From Azolla caroliniana (lineage: Eukaryota > Plantae > Polypodiophyta): a stretch of 64,000 bases of DNA. This document shows, piece after piece, positions 50,490-64,000 of the stretch. The translations under genes and the position numbers were made by a program. Positions within the stretch are counted from its first letter, which is position 1. Every line of letters begins with the position of its first letter. Location: positions 9,238,001 to 9,302,000 of the forward strand of contig JBHGNT010000012.1 of assembly GCA_043228905.1 (NCBI GenBank). Reading direction: 5' to 3'. The notes under the pieces are model-generated. The model saw only the letters and a program-made list of their open reading frames with translations. It searched no databases and was not told the origin of the DNA.

Positions 50490-53400
50490 CATTATCGTTA
50501 CTTGGGTTAGGTGAGGGGTTTGGCCCTGTGGTTTGTTTTACCACACAATCGCATAGCTCCCCCCTTCGAGAAACCTGTGTATGTCGGTTGTGCCATTGAT
50601 CCGTTGTTGTGGGGGCTACATCTGTTGCGTTGCCATTACAGATCGTGTCTCGGTGGCTCGTGTTCGATGGCGGCCCTGGTTCGTCGTTGCTGCTGGCGGG
50701 GACTGAAGGGTTTTCTAATTCGTCATGGAGTGGACATCATGGTGAGTTGCATCTTCTTGTGATGCTTGAGTTGTGGTAGTATATGTGGAGTGGTTAACAT
50801 ACGGGTTAATCCGCATCTCGTGAGCATAGGTCATCCGTCCATTAGCATGACGACAGAGAGTATAGGTGTTGGTCCTCATTGATCGGATGACAGTAAAAGG
50901 GCTGATCCATCTAGGCATCATTGATTCACCGAGTCCTCGTCGTCGGATCGGGAAAAGACTAGGACCTTTGCTCCCGTTGCGTACTCTATCGCTCGGCGGC
51001 CTTTATCTTAGCCCGCTTTTGTCGTCGTTTAGCTAGTTGTAGGTTCTTGTGTATGCTGAGCTAGAAGATATGTTCAATCTGTTGCAAGTATAGCCACCAA
51101 TCCATTGCGTCGGTGCAACTATTTTTGTTGGCTAGGTCCACCTTGATGTCGGGGTGTAAGCGGCAGTCTCGCACATATAGTGCTCAGAAAGGCTGATTTG
51201 AGTCGAGGCTTGCACCGAGGTGTTATAGCATGATGAAGGGTAAGATCAAGTCCCATGTTGTGTGTAATGGGTCGATGAATGCAGTAAGTTGTTGTTTAAT
51301 GGTCTTGTTCATCCATTCTTCTGGGGGTGAAATGGTGAGGTAAATATCTATTAAATGCCTAATTGTGTGGCCAATGCTTGTAGTACCTCTCCACTAAATT
51401 GCGGTCCTTTATATGATAGGATGCAATTTGGGCAGGCATGTGGGAAAACAATCCGCTCCATCAGCTTTGTTGCTATGATGACAGCCCGTGCGTCTGGAAT
51501 TGCAGCGGTTTCGGTCCATTGCGTCAAGTATTTGGGGATGACTACAATATACTTGTTTCCTGTCCGGGATTCAGGAAAAGGGCCGATGATATCCCATCCT
51601 ATTAACTCAAAGGGTTCAGAGACGATAATAGGCTGGAGTAGGCCGTCATTGGAATGGGGTGGTTTAATATGTTGACATGATTGGCATTGTTTTATGTAAG
51701 CTGCGATCGTTGTACACATTTGCAACCACTAATACTGAAGATGGATTTTGTCCAGCACATTGTGGAATCCGAGGTGGCCAGATATTGGGTGATCGTGAAA
51801 AAATTGCATATATAAATTCCGCAAGCTATGTGGTATGTAGATTCGTGGCTCTTTCCCTATTTTTATATAGTATAAGACATTGTTTTGTAATTGGAAATGG
51901 GTGTGTACCTTTTTGCATTTTGTTGACTGGATCTTATGGATGATTTGTTGTATTTGCTCATCGGCTTGTTGTAGGGTTGCTATCTATGCCATCATTGTGG
52001 GTAATTGGACTAGTGTAGGATTGAATTGAACACACTGTGTTTCCACTCTTGACAAACAATCGGCGATCAGATTTTGGACTCTTTTTTTATAAGTTAATGT
52101 GAATCAATATTCCTGTAAAGTCATTGCCCATCTTAATAGATGACCTAGTGGGTGTGGCATGTTAACTAGATGAATTAGGGGATGGTGGTTTGTTTCTACC
52201 TTGATGTGGGGGACATGCAAATAGGGATGGAGGTTTGTGAAAGCCCATACGATTGCTAACCATTCCTTTTCTATTGTGGAGTAATTCTTTTCTGCAAGAG
52301 TACGGGATCGACTTATGTAGGCAATCGGGTGCTCTGCTCTTGTTGTATCTACTTGTAGTAGTACAACTCCCAACCCATGATTTGATGCGTCTGTCTGGAA
52401 AAGGAAGGGGTGTGAAAAATCTGGGTGAGCCAACTGACCTACTTGGTGTAGTGTCTTTCAATTGGATGAAGTTGTTCTCACATTCTATTGTCCACTCAAA
52501 CTTTGAGCCTTTTCGTAATAGGTGTCGTAGGGGTGCTCTCATGGTGGCCATGTTGGGAATGAATCGAACCGAAAAAGTTGCCATGCCTAAGAAACGTTGC
52601 AAGGACTTGACTATGGTTGGTCGGGGAAAATTGGTCACGGCCTCGGTTTTCTTGGGGTTCATCTGTAGGCCTTCGGTAGAAATGATGTAGCCCAAAAACT
52701 GTAGCTGGGTGCTACCCCATCTACATTTATTCTACTATAATTTCAGATTGTGTTGTATTCATTGTAGAACTACTTGTAATGCCTGAATGTGTTGTGGCCA
52801 TGTGGAAGTATGAATTAAAATTTCATCTAGTTATACGAGCACTGTACTTTCAGAGATAAGATCTACGAATATTGAATTTGCCATTCGTTGAAATGTGCTA
52901 CCTGCATTGGACAAGGCAAATGGCATCATGTTGAATTGGAATAGGCCTCTTCGTGTTCTGAAAGCTGTCATATGTGCGTCTCTTGGGTCCATTGGAATCT
53001 GCCAATATCCTGTTGCAAGATCGATAGAGGTGAAGTACGTCGAGCATCCCAACTGGTCCAAGAGATCATTGATTCGTGGTAGAGGGTAAAGGTCGTGGAT
53101 GGTGACTTGATTGAGCTTGCGAAAGTCAACACAAAATCGGTATGTGTCGTCATCCTTTTTTACCGTGTGGCTCTGATACCCAATCATTATGTGAGGGTGA
53201 TATGATCCCCTTTTGAAGCATCTCATTCACTGCCTGGTCAATGTAGGCATGATCTAAAGGGGAACGTCGTCTTGTTGCTGTCCAGATAGGTGTTGCGCTG
53301 CTTGTGTTGATGACATGTTAGACTAGGAATGAGACTATAGTGGGCTTGTCTGATGAGTTGATTAGCTTGGGGTATTGAGCTAAAAGCTTTTGCACATTGT

Positions 53401-54035
53401 TTAGTCAAACCTCCTAGCTTAATGTTACATGTGCATTGCTGATTTGGTGGTCGCGCTTGCTGGTGAACAGGGGGACTAGCCTTGTTGGCAATAATGTGAG
53501 GTGATGTGTATCGAAATCTAGTTGGGCATTGCTCTGAATGAATCCGAGTGTGAGTGGGAACAATTCATGTGGAAGTACACAAAAGGTGTACGTGATTGTG
53601 GTTGTGCCAAGCTTGAGTGTGTAGACGGTTGTGGTGTTGGACTTATATAGGCGTTGGTGATTGCCGAACAACACCTTGATGGGGGGGGGGGGGGCTTTGG
53701 AGGTTGCAAAATTGAGGCGATCGACCAAATCTTGGTTGATGGAAGATATGCTACTACCGGAATCAAAGAGAACTTCATGTGGGCTATGGAGGATTGTGGA
53801 AATGGTTGTGCACATGAGATAACTTGAGGATGTGGATGCTTGTATGTGTGGGGGTTGTGCTCCCTTCAACATTCTCCAACTCAGTTTTCTGATAGGGTGG
53901 CCTGGTAACTCTTGTCAGCCAACTGTACTCGCACATTCTGCTTCTATGTTTGATTGTTCCATTTCCGACAGTGTTTCTTCTCGTGCCCATAGTTATTGCA
54001 GAATAAAACACTTAGGTCTTCCTTGTGCATCACGT
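50490..54035 (-). pseudogene. Old degenerate Ty3/Gypsy pol (protease, RT, RNase H, integrase)
   Basis: LFDSGS, RFCVDFRKLN, FQTDASN, NYSTIEKE, CQSCQ..WDIIGP motifs in short broken ORFs. Confidence 0.8.
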
Positions 54036-57000
54036 TGTCGTAGTGTATTTCGTACACTACGTGAAAAAGTAAAAAATAATATAGCTGATTTAATTACATA
54101 TAAATAAATAAAATAAGAATATCAAGATATTTATCACCAATAAATAAAATAAGAATATCAAGATATTTATCACGTGCATAGGGCAAGATTTGAACCTGTA
54201 TCTCCACGTAGCCAAACCTCAACTTTACCATTATGCTACCTTATCTTTAGTGTTCTATAAATAGATTTAATAAGTATAATTGCTTTATTTACGCCTACCT
54301 TTATTAAAAGGTAAATCATGCATTTTTAGAGTGCGTGAATAGAAAAACGCAAGCAACTAAAAAGTGACTCATGCACATCTAGCGTGCATGAGCACTATAT
54401 TTAGCAAATAAAAGCAAGGATTAGAAAAGCATCACATGCATATTTAGTGTGCATGAACATATTAGAAAAAAAAAGCATGTAGCTATGCTTAGTCTCTCCC
54501 ATCACTACATAAGGATGGGGAGCACAATGTAATAGGGTGTGAAATATTTGGAAATTGGATATATTTCCGAAAACACCAACCGATTAATATAATCGTGGGA
54601 TTCACGAAAATAATATAATCTATACTTGTGGGATTCACAAGTTTCTTATATCTTTCTTTCAATCTAAATACATATTCTTATCTAAATATTGATTAATCGA
54701 ATAAAATACACTCGTGGGATTCACGAAATTTCTATCTCTCTTTCTAATAATCTATTCATTACTAGCCTCATCTCATATTTTTCTTTCTCCTAGTCCAAAA
54801 CCTCGGCGGTTCCCACCCGACTCACGCAACGATCCGGAGCCGAAAGGCACGACACAGTTGGTGAACCCGACGTGAAGGCGGGTGGCAAGGAGATGGAGAA
54901 TCAACAAGAGGCGATGAGCATAACGATGATGATGATGTTCGAACGGATGCTACAAGAACAACGAGCGATGTCGGAGATGAAGGCGGCAGTAGAGCGGCTT
55001 CTGCGACGAAACGGGGAATTCAACGGTAAGGGTGTGTCACGCTACCTACGTGAATATAAGGCGGAGATGATGCAATATCGGATACTGGAAGGATTGCAAG
55101 TGATATCCTTTAGTCGGGTGGCCTCGGACGAACTACAAGAGAGAATCCACAAGATACAACAACAAAACTCGACATGGGAGTCCTTTGAAGAAGCTTTACG
55201 GGAGGCATATGACTATGAGAGATGGACGGGACGAGATCGACGAGAATTCGACGAATGGGTGGCATCGGAGAAGACTCACCGAAGTGCAACGCAAGCGTTC
55301 CTAGAGTTCGAGCATCGTTTTGCTCGACTCTCGGAGCGGGAACAACGGTTGGTGGGGGAGGATAAAGTCCTAATGTTCGTAAAATCGATCGATCGAAAAG
55401 AAAGGATGGACATCGGGATCGAACTCGAAGATGATGACGGTGCGAACGGCCTTACCGAGGATTGGGCTAAAGTCGAAAGGGTATGCCGAAGACATGATGA
55501 AAGGAAGCTGAGAATCTCGTCAACAACGACATGGCCCATGAAGGATGGTCGATTGAGGAAAAACGATGAAGCCAATATGAAGGCCGAAATACAACATGAT
55601 GGTACCACGGGAGAAAGAGTGGAACAAGACACCCACTCGTCTTGTGAAAGAACGATGGCGAAGGATAAGGCCGATAATTCAAGTGTAGAAGGAAATTTCG
55701 GGATACAAGTGCCCGAGACATCGGGTCAAAAAGGGGTAAGCATAATAGATGTTTGCATAATTGATGCAGATAAAGAGTGTGAAGCGGATGTGATTAAGGA
55801 GGTAGCCACAAAAGACGAAATCGAATCGGAGGTGGCTATGGACGAATCAATGGCGGATTGCCATATCGAGACTTCCCCACCACTGATTCCAGAGACTCCG
55901 GCGGTTGCGATCGAAAGGCAACGTGAGACCGAAGAGACGGAAGGTGGCGGAGAGAAAACGAATGTCGAAGCCGACGAATACGATGAAGAGATAGCCGAGA
56001 AGAATGCTAAGGGTGAAACTACGAAAGAAGGTAATACCGAGGATTCATGCCAACAATATCTAGAGACTTCGGCAGTTGTGTCCGAGAACCAACGTGAGAC
56101 CGGAGAGACAGGAGGTGGCAGCAAGAAAGGTAAAGTCGGAAGCCGGTTTGGATGGAAGGTGATCCGGAACGGGATTCCGACCCGAAAGAAAGCCGAACCG
56201 GGCGAATGAGGATTCGGCCGAAAGACGACCCGAAAGAAAGCCGACCCGAAAAGGGGTCGACTCGGTCAAAACCGATCGACCGAGTCTGACTTGGCCGAAC
56301 GCGAATATGGATGGAAGCCGACCTAGCCGAAAGCCAATCGGACGAGACCGATCCGGAAAGAAGCTAATTCGACTCAACTGGAGGTTAGACCGGTCGAGGC
56401 TGGTGAAAACGAGGAAAAGAAAGCCAACCGAAACCAAAACCGATAGATCGAAACCGGGCCGGAAGGAGACCGACTCAATCTAAACCAAACAACCGATTCC
56501 GATTCGGCCGAATATGAATCCGATCGGACGCCGATCAAACCAAAAGTCGATCGGACGAGAGCGAACCGGAAAAAAGTCAAGGTTGATGAAGACAAGAAAG
56601 AGGCCAGTAAAAGACACTACCACGAATGACAAGGGCCAAGAATATGATGAGAGAGAACAAAGAATATGGTGGATCGGATGGCGACAATGGTTCGGGTGGA
56701 AAGAATGGGTCTACTCAAAATGGAGAGACAAAGTTGACATAGCGGGACAAACAGAGGATGAAGGGGAGACAACGAGCATCGGCAACTTCGGCACATACCG
56801 GAGGATGTGCGGGTTCGGAGGGGGCGAGTGTCGTAGTGTATTTCGTACACTACGTGAAAAAGTAAAAAATAATATAGCCGATTTAATTACATATAAATAA
56901 ATAAAATAAGAATATCAAGATATTTATCACCAATAAATAAAATAAGAATATCAAGATATTTATCACGTGCATAGGGCAAGATTTGAACCTGTACCTCCAC

Positions 57001-57647
57001 GTAGCCAAACCTCAACTTTACCATTATGCTACCTTATCTTTAGTGTTCTATAAATAGATTTAATAAGTATAATTGCTTTATTTACGCCTACCTTTATTAA
57101 AAGGTAAATCATGCATTTTTAGAGTGCGTGAATAGAAAAACGCAAGCAACTAAAAAGTGACTCATGCACATCTAGCGTGCATGAGCACTATATTTAGCAA
57201 ATAAAAGCAAGGATTAGAAAAGCATCACATGCATATTTAGTGTGCATGAACATATTAGAAAAAAAAAGCATGTAGCTATGCTTAGTCTCTCCCATCACTA
57301 CATAAGGATGGGGAGCACAATGTAATAGGGTGTGAAATATTTGGAAATTGGATATATTTCCGAAAACACCAACCGATTAATATAATCGTGGGATTCACGA
57401 AAATAATATAATCTATACTTGTGGGATTCACAAGTTTCTTATATCTTTCTTTCAATCTAAATACATATTCTTATCTAAATATTGATTAATCGAATAAAAT
57501 ACACTCGTGGGATTCACGAAATTTCTATCTCTCTTTCTAATAATCTATTCATTACTAGCCTCATCTCATATTTTTCTTTCTCCTAGTCCAAAACCTCAGC
57601 GGTTCCCACCCGACTCACGCAACGATCCGGAGCCGAAAGGCACGACA
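54036..57647 (+). mobile_element. Young Gag-only (TR-GAG-like) LTR element, family A; LTRs 54036-54854 and 56829-57647, TSD ACGT
   Basis: Two 819-bp LTRs differing at about 3 positions; PBS TGGTGAACCCGACGTG (complementary to the tRNA-Trp 3' end); PPT GGAGGGGGCGAG; no pol. Confidence 0.92.
54872..56209 (+). CDS. Gag-like protein with acidic low-complexity C-terminus
   Basis: FNGKGVSRYLREY...TWESFEEALREAY capsid-like pattern; only long ORF between the LTRs. Confidence 0.7.
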   Translation: MKAGGKEMENQQEAMSITMMMMFERMLQEQRAMSEMKAAVERLLRRNGEFNGKGVSRYLREYKAEMMQYRILEGLQVISFSRVASDELQERIHKIQQQNSTWESFEEALREAYDYERWTGRDRREFDEWVASEKTHRSATQAFLEFEHRFARLSEREQRLVGEDKVLMFVKSIDRKERMDIGIELEDDDGANGLTEDWAKVERVCRRHDERKLRISSTTTWPMKDGRLRKNDEANMKAEIQHDGTTGERVEQDTHSSCERTMAKDKADNSSVEGNFGIQVPETSGQKGVSIIDVCIIDADKECEADVIKEVATKDEIESEVAMDESMADCHIETSPPLIPETPAVAIERQRETEETEGGGEKTNVEADEYDEEIAEKNAKGETTKEGNTEDSCQQYLETSAVVSENQRETGETGGGSKKGKVGSRFGWKVIRNGIPTRKKAEPGE

Positions 57648-57679
57648 ACGTGTTCGCAAGGTCCTTCTTTCTTGTAGGC

Positions 57680-58155
57680 TTTCGATAATCTGTCGGAACC
57701 GTGTCGGGTCACACGCCTTTCCCGAATCTTGGTGAAGCTTGACGTTTCTGTCAAGAGGAGTTGAGATGGACTTACAGTCGACAATCCCGAACATGATGAG
57801 CATACTCAACACATAATGTCGTTGGCTGATTAGGATGCCTTCGGGGGTGCGGAAGTAATGAAGATCCCCTAGGTCCTTCATGTCGAATGATGTCGCGAGC
57901 TAGGACTTTACACAACCGATTTCTTCTAGGTCGGCGCCGGGGATGACTAAATCAACATAGAGTAAAATATTAACCGGTCCACATTGACCTTGCCGGATGA
58001 ACAATGAAGAGTCCAATTTGGACTTCGCAAACCCCATCCGACATAGGTAATGCGTGCTCTTCGCGTTCCATGTGCGTAGGGCTTGTTTTAGTCCGTAGAG
58101 AGACTTCTTCAGTCGGCATATTGCCGAGGTGTTCTTTCCGGACTGAAATCCGGGG
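57680..58155 (-). pseudogene. Copia RT remnant (family B-like)
   Basis: CRLKKSLYGLKQA, MKDLGDLHYF, STPLDRN. Confidence 0.75.
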
Positions 58156-61100
58156 TGCGGTACACTAATGTAAGCTTAAGATAAGGATAAAGAAATGAAA
58201 GATAGAAAGGAGAAAGAGAAAGAAGGGTGCCGATCCACCCGACCACCCCCGAGCGAAGGGATCGAGACGGACTCGAGCCTCGATCGGCGTCCCATACCAC
58301 CGCCGTGGCGTCGAGTCGTACCTGGTGCTGGCGCGCTCGCTACAAGAGTTGACCCACCACACGAGCAGAGTCTCGATGTAGTCAAAAGATGATCAAATGA
58401 GGGTAGCTAGGCCTCTTATTTATAGCGATACCCAAGGCCCCCAGGCAAGTTCACACTTGACCTAATGGGTTGTCTCAATCCCGAGGATTAAAAGTAATCC
58501 TCCCCTTCTTTACACTCTCATTTAACCCTCACACTTATCCACGTGTATAGAATACTACGGTAAATTCTTACCACGGGATATTATATGGTCATGCCCGTAA
58601 CATACTCCCCCTCTTTAAAACATTGCACTCTTGCAATGGAAAGTTAGGGAAGTTAGTTCTAAGTGTATTTTCGCGTTCCCATGTGGCATCTTTTATTGAT
58701 TTATCCATCCATTTTATTTTGAATTCTCGGATTTCTTTAGTACGTAATTTTTTTGTTTTAACATCGAGAATTCTTTCTGGCACATGTGGTTTAGAAGATA
58801 ATTCTTCAGAAGTAACCAGAGTTTCAGTCGTAACTGTATTGTCGCCAGAACCTAGAAGTTCTTTTAGACGACTCACATGAAAGACTGGATGAATTCCGAC
58901 ACCATCGGGAAGAGCGAGACGATAGGCTGATGACCCAATGCGTTTGAGGACTGTAAAAGGTCCACAAAACCGTGGGGCTAACTTAGCGCACTTACCCGTA
59001 GACAATGTCTTAGAATTGTGAGGTACACGTAAAAATACCTTCTGTCCAGGGTTGAATACACGAGGTTGCCTATGATGATCGGCATAAAAACGCGCTCTAT
59101 CTTGAGCTGTTTTTATATTATCTCGTGCAATATGCAACATATCTTGCATATCCCGAAGAAAGTTTTGCGTACTTCGCAACTCATCATGATGTATAGTAAC
59201 ATCAATCGGGGCTCGTGGCTGAAAACCATACATCAACATAAAAGGACTATATCCCGTCGACGTATGCTTGGAGCTGTTATAAGCAAACTCCAAAATTGGG
59301 AGATAACGTTCCCATTTTGTTGGTTTTGCACCAACGTATGCTCGAAGCATGTCCTCAATAATTTGATTTACTCGTTCTGTCTGTCCATCGGATTGAGGAT
59401 GATCCGTGGAGCTCATGCTCAACGTAGTTTCTAACTTCTTAAAGACTTGTGTCCAGAAGTCACTAGTAAACTTTGGATCTCGATCACTCACGATATCCAT
59501 CGGTAACCCATAAAAACGAAACAATTCGTCAACGAATTGGTAAGCCAATTCAGGAGCTGTTACCGTGGTTTTAGTAGCAATAAATCTGGCCATTTTAGTT
59601 AGTCGATCAATGACAACCCAGATGGCATCATGACCTTTTTGGGTGCGAGGAAGGCTAACAATAAAATCCATGGATATACTTTCCCACTTATTATTGGGAA
59701 TGTCCAAGGGATGTAAAAGTCCTGCGACTTTAAGTCGCTCAGCTTTGTTAACCTGACACTGGTGACATTTAGTCACATAGCTATGTATGTCAGGACGCAT
59801 CTTAGGCCAATAAAATTGAGTGGAGATGAGAACGACTGTACGATGTATTCCAGGGTGCCCTGCTGAGGGTGCATCATGGCATTCAAAAAGAATCCTCTTT
59901 TTGACCTCGGGTAAATCTGGAACACAAACCTTCCCATTACGGTAGAGCAAACCGTTAGCAATGTGGAAGTATTCCTTCAAGGATGTGGTGGTGTCTGTTC
60001 CAGACTCAACTCTTGCCCAGTATTTTGCAAAATAACTGTCATCAGGATACTTTCCTCGAAGGTGATCATAAAGATCTGATGATATTTCAGTGAAGCTAAG
60101 CGTGTTAACTTCACGGATGCGACTTAGTGCATCAGCGACAATGTTCATGGAACCTTTACGATATCGTATGGAAAAATCGAAGTCCTGGATGAGATCAGCC
60201 CATCGTGCCTTACGACCTTTCAGGTCTTGTTGGTCACAAAAATATTTCAAGGACTCGTGGTCCGTAGTTACCACAAAGTGATTTCCATAAAGATAATGGC
60301 GCCATGTTTTGAGCGCATGTATAACTGCAAATAATTCCTTTTCTTGAACGGTATACCGACATTGAGCAGAATCAAGTTTCTTACTCTCGAATGCTATTGG
60401 TTTACCATCTTGATACAAGACAGCACCTATAGCATAATCGCTGGCATCGGTTTCAACCTCAAAAGGTTTTGAAGGATCGGGTAAAAGAAGTGAAGGAGCC
60501 TTGCAAACCAAGTCCTTGAGTTCCTTAAAGGCAAGGTCTAGTGTAGCATTCCACACAATAGGTTTTGTAGACTTACGCGTTTGACCTTTTAAAAGATCAG
60601 TAAACGGCGTCGTCAATTGGGAGTAATTACGAAGAGACTTTCGCAAAAACCCCACAAAACCAAGGAATGATCGAACTTCTCGAATATTCCGAAGAGTGGG
60701 CCAAAGCTTGATTTTCTCAATGCGAGAAGGATCAATTTCAACTCCTCGTTCGGTTATGAGATGTCCTAGATAAGTAATTGATTTCTTGAAGAACTCACAT
60801 TTTGAGATCTTCGCATAAAACTGTTTGTCACGCAATGTTTGTAAAACAAAGCGGACATGTCTAGCATGTTCTTGTAATGTACGGCTATAAACTAAAATAT
60901 CATCCAAGAAAATAACGACAAATTTTCCAAGTTGTTCTCGGAAAATGTCATTCATTTCTTGTTGGAAAGTAGCCGGAGCATTGGTCAAACCAAAAGGCAT
61001 AACCAAAAACTCGTAATGGCCATAGCGCGTACGAAATGCCGTTTTAGGAACATCGTCCTCACTTATTCGTATTTGATGGTAGCCAGTACGGAGATCAAGT

Positions 61101-64000
61101 TTCGTAAAATACCGAGCTCCCTGGAGACGGTCAATTAGATCGTCAGCCCGGGGCAATGGATACGAATTCTTGATCGTCACTTTATTCAAGCGTCGGTAAT
61201 TAATACACATACGCCATGTGCCCTCTTTCTTTTTAACCAAGAGAACTGGTGCACCCCATGGAGATTTACTATAACGTATATAACCCATTCGTAAATAGTC
61301 CTTGAGTTGCTTAGATACCTCATCTTCTTCGGATCGACTTAAGCGATACGGAGGTATACTTATTGGTGCAACACCAGGTACAATATCTATACGATGGTCT
61401 ATATTACGTTTAGGAGGTAACCCATCAGGTAGTTCACTTGGAAAAACATCATGAAAATCATTTAAGATTTCATCAAGTTGTTGTTGTTCAAAATATGTTA
61501 ATTGAATCGGGACATTATCGATATTGTAAACGTGAATGTCCGGATCAAGTACACAATAAAATAACGTAGAACAAGACAACTCGGATATTGATGGACACGA
61601 GGAAACAATCGAGAGGGATTGTTTTTTTACACATTGAATAAAATGCGTACAATCGTTCAGTACAAAAGAAATGGAATGACGAACCCAATCAATAAATAAA
61701 GAAGAGTTTTTATTATAAAACCAGGGATAACCCAGTATTACATCGGTGGTACAAAGATTCATTACATGGAAGTCTACTTCCTCTATATAAGTATCTATAG
61801 AAATTCCTAATGAATGAATCGCCCCGTTGATGTATTGTACTCTTCCATCAGCCAAGTGCACCGTGTAGGTGTGATCACTTACGGTGGGTTGGATTCCCCA
61901 TATCTGAACCAAACGATCATTCACAAAATTGTGTGAGCTTCCCGAATCAAATAAAATTTGTACGGGAGATCCATTGATATACCCGTTTGCACGTAGTAAA
62001 TCATTGGGACCCAATACATAGTGAGGGAAAGAACATTGACAATTACTTAAATGATGTGTATAGACCTGAAGGACATTAGGAATCTGACCTTTATGGTCTG
62101 CAGCTTTAGCTTTGTTGTCGTGCTCTTTCCGTTGGAGCTTTCGACATTGATCTTTTGTATGACCCTTCTTTTTGCAGAATACACAAAAAGGATGTTGTCG
62201 CTTACAATCGCGATCCAGGAATTCGTTGGGTGTCTTGCGTTTCCCAACAAATTGCGACTGCTTAGTCCCGGGCGCTTCGTTGGGTTTGTTATGGTCCTTC
62301 TTCGAAGTGCGTTGATAGCGAAGAACTATTTCAACGGCCTCTTCGAAGGATTTTGGATCCTTATCGTGCACTATCCAGTGATAGTCCGAATTGGGGATGC
62401 CATTGACAAAACAAGCTATCAACCAATTGTCCCCTTCTAGACCCGATTTTTGGATTTGGGTTCTAGCATGGTGAACATAGTCTTCTAGCGAGGAAAATTT
62501 CCTGCTAGAGAGGTTCATTAAAGCTTGTGCTGCCTCGGTTCGAGAGGGAGGTTGCAGAAATTGGCCCTTAAAAACCGTGACAAAATCTGTCCAGGTATCG
62601 GGCAATTTCCCCATAGTACGGAGGCCACGCCACCAGGCGGCGGCCTTACCCCCGAGTTCTCGACCGACATATGCAATCTTCGTACTATCTGGCGTGGGAT
62701 AGAGCTCAAAATGAGACTCCCATCGTCCCAGCCATGTGCAGATTGCTTCTTCGGTTCTTTCCTTTTTGTCTCCCGTAAATGGCTTAACGACAAATGATGG
62801 TTCACCTTGTCGCTCATCAGGTCTATTAGTCTCACGTTGTAGACTAATGACACGTGCCTCAAGAGCACTCTGAGATTGCCGAAGTTCGGTCATCTGTTGA
62901 GCGGTGAAACTAAGGTATTGGGTTATTTGTGCCAAATACATCTCAGTGGACATTTGTCCAGGAGGATTCCCCTGAGTTCCTTCCGCTTGAGCGGATGACA
63001 TCGGGTCGTTAATTTGAGCCATTAAAGATTATTTCTGGAAAAGAAATAGGATAAGGTCAGAGATATAGTCATAACATCATGTCGTGATGTAAACATATCA
63101 TGGGCGAGCATTAATCGATATCATTATCTCACGTCAATACCCCTCTAGACGTATGAGATAAGGTTCAAGATCAGGTTACTATGGTAACACAAAGGTGTTT
63201 TAAAAACCATGGGGGTGACAAATAAATGTCTTTCCCTGATCTCTATATCAATTTTTTCATGGTGGCTCCCCGAGGCTCAACCATGTATGTTCGCGTCATG
63301 AATAGTTTATACACGAAAAAAATGTTAACAATAAACTATGTTTCGGTGCCCACATAAGTGGTTTCGGCTCTTTAAGTCCTATTACGAGGACCCCGAGGTG
63401 CACTTAGACCTTAAGTCTAAACATGTGTTATAGTCATATGTATCAAGGATGTTGTATGGTCTTGGTCATATTTGAACTCGAGACCTCGAGAACAAATACA
63501 TTAAACACTTGAGCCAACCAAGTAAGTTGCTCTTCTCGAATGCTTAATGTTTGATGCGTATAAGAGATATGCGAGGCAATTGATCATATACGTTTTTTTA
63601 AAAGAACATATATGTCAAGGGTCCTTATTTCGCCCTCATTTACCAAAACTATGTTGATACGTTACCTAACCTCAAGTCTCGTAATTACGATGGCATATGC
63701 CAAAGGGCAACCTAATGGTCAAGCCAAATGAGCCCTCGTTTCGTAGTAGGCTCACGTGGGCCATCACATGGTCACGTCATTACGAATGCCTCTCGTAAGA
63801 ACGAGCTCATGGTGGCATCGTATCCATGTAACGAGGGAGGGATGTTGGATACGTGCGTCATTGGAGCGACCTCACTTGAAGTGGGTCAAGCCCTACGTAC
63901 TCAACATCATTATGGCTATTGCGTTTCTTTACGTAACGAAATCGAGGTCATCAACGGGGTTGTCAACAATAAAAAATTGTTGAAAAAGGAATGGTGACAA
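58156..64000 (-). mobile_element. Ty3/Gypsy chromovirus, apparently intact; 3' LTR ~58156-58602, 5' LTR beyond the window
   Basis: PPT GAGGGGGAG then TGTTAC...CCGCA; abuts Copia RT remnant; single gag-pol ORF. Confidence 0.9.
58589..63022 (-). CDS. Gag-Pol polyprotein with C-terminal chromodomain (1477 aa)
   Basis: [62 protein letters not shown]; uninterrupted. Confidence 0.95.
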   Translation of the reverse strand: MAQINDPMSSAQAEGTQGNPPGQMSTEMYLAQITQYLSFTAQQMTELRQSQSALEARVISLQRETNRPDERQGEPSFVVKPFTGDKKERTEEAICTWLGRWESHFELYPTPDSTKIAYVGRELGGKAAAWWRGLRTMGKLPDTWTDFVTVFKGQFLQPPSRTEAAQALMNLSSRKFSSLEDYVHHARTQIQKSGLEGDNWLIACFVNGIPNSDYHWIVHDKDPKSFEEAVEIVLRYQRTSKKDHNKPNEAPGTKQSQFVGKRKTPNEFLDRDCKRQHPFCVFCKKKGHTKDQCRKLQRKEHDNKAKAADHKGQIPNVLQVYTHHLSNCQCSFPHYVLGPNDLLRANGYINGSPVQILFDSGSSHNFVNDRLVQIWGIQPTVSDHTYTVHLADGRVQYINGAIHSLGISIDTYIEEVDFHVMNLCTTDVILGYPWFYNKNSSLFIDWVRHSISFVLNDCTHFIQCVKKQSLSIVSSCPSISELSCSTLFYCVLDPDIHVYNIDNVPIQLTYFEQQQLDEILNDFHDVFPSELPDGLPPKRNIDHRIDIVPGVAPISIPPYRLSRSEEDEVSKQLKDYLRMGYIRYSKSPWGAPVLLVKKKEGTWRMCINYRRLNKVTIKNSYPLPRADDLIDRLQGARYFTKLDLRTGYHQIRISEDDVPKTAFRTRYGHYEFLVMPFGLTNAPATFQQEMNDIFREQLGKFVVIFLDDILVYSRTLQEHARHVRFVLQTLRDKQFYAKISKCEFFKKSITYLGHLITERGVEIDPSRIEKIKLWPTLRNIREVRSFLGFVGFLRKSLRNYSQLTTPFTDLLKGQTRKSTKPIVWNATLDLAFKELKDLVCKAPSLLLPDPSKPFEVETDASDYAIGAVLYQDGKPIAFESKKLDSAQCRYTVQEKELFAVIHALKTWRHYLYGNHFVVTTDHESLKYFCDQQDLKGRKARWADLIQDFDFSIRYRKGSMNIVADALSRIREVNTLSFTEISSDLYDHLRGKYPDDSYFAKYWARVESGTDTTTSLKEYFHIANGLLYRNGKVCVPDLPEVKKRILFECHDAPSAGHPGIHRTVVLISTQFYWPKMRPDIHSYVTKCHQCQVNKAERLKVAGLLHPLDIPNNKWESISMDFIVSLPRTQKGHDAIWVVIDRLTKMARFIATKTTVTAPELAYQFVDELFRFYGLPMDIVSDRDPKFTSDFWTQVFKKLETTLSMSSTDHPQSDGQTERVNQIIEDMLRAYVGAKPTKWERYLPILEFAYNSSKHTSTGYSPFMLMYGFQPRAPIDVTIHHDELRSTQNFLRDMQDMLHIARDNIKTAQDRARFYADHHRQPRVFNPGQKVFLRVPHNSKTLSTGKCAKLAPRFCGPFTVLKRIGSSAYRLALPDGVGIHPVFHVSRLKELLGSGDNTVTTETLVTSEELSSKPHVPERILDVKTKKLRTKEIREFKIKWMDKSIKDATWERENTLRTNFPNFPLQECNVLKRGSMLRA

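Larger units (their letters stand above)
28896..52073 (+). repeat. Tandem duplication of a ~4.2-kb unit (copy 1 28896-47904 including a 14.9-kb insertion; copy 2 47905-52073)
   Basis: Promoter, FLA CDS, 3' flank and Gypsy remnant repeat collinearly; junction microhomology AGATT. Confidence 0.9.

Overview
Repeat-rich land-plant nuclear DNA; a non-seed plant such as a fern is plausible but is only my inference. Most of the window is nested LTR retrotransposons: several Ty1/Copia, three Ty3/Gypsy (one with an intact 1477-aa chromovirus ORF), and a Gag-only LTR family with solo LTRs. The only host genes are two intronless fasciclin-like arabinogalactan (FLA) genes from a ~4.2-kb tandem duplication, since pushed apart by a Copia insertion. 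The most notable element is an 8.5-kb cut-and-paste DNA transposon (36995-45541) inside that Copia, with 36-bp TIRs and a 4-bp TSD (CGAT). It carries a Sola-like DDD transposase and, divergently, a spliced six-exon gene for a ParB-like domain fused to a beta-class N6-adenine/N4-cytosine DNA methyltransferase. The first intron of that gene holds ten 25-bp palindromes at an exact 51-bp period, with spacers in both orientations. All assignments come from reading motifs by eye; no database searches were run.
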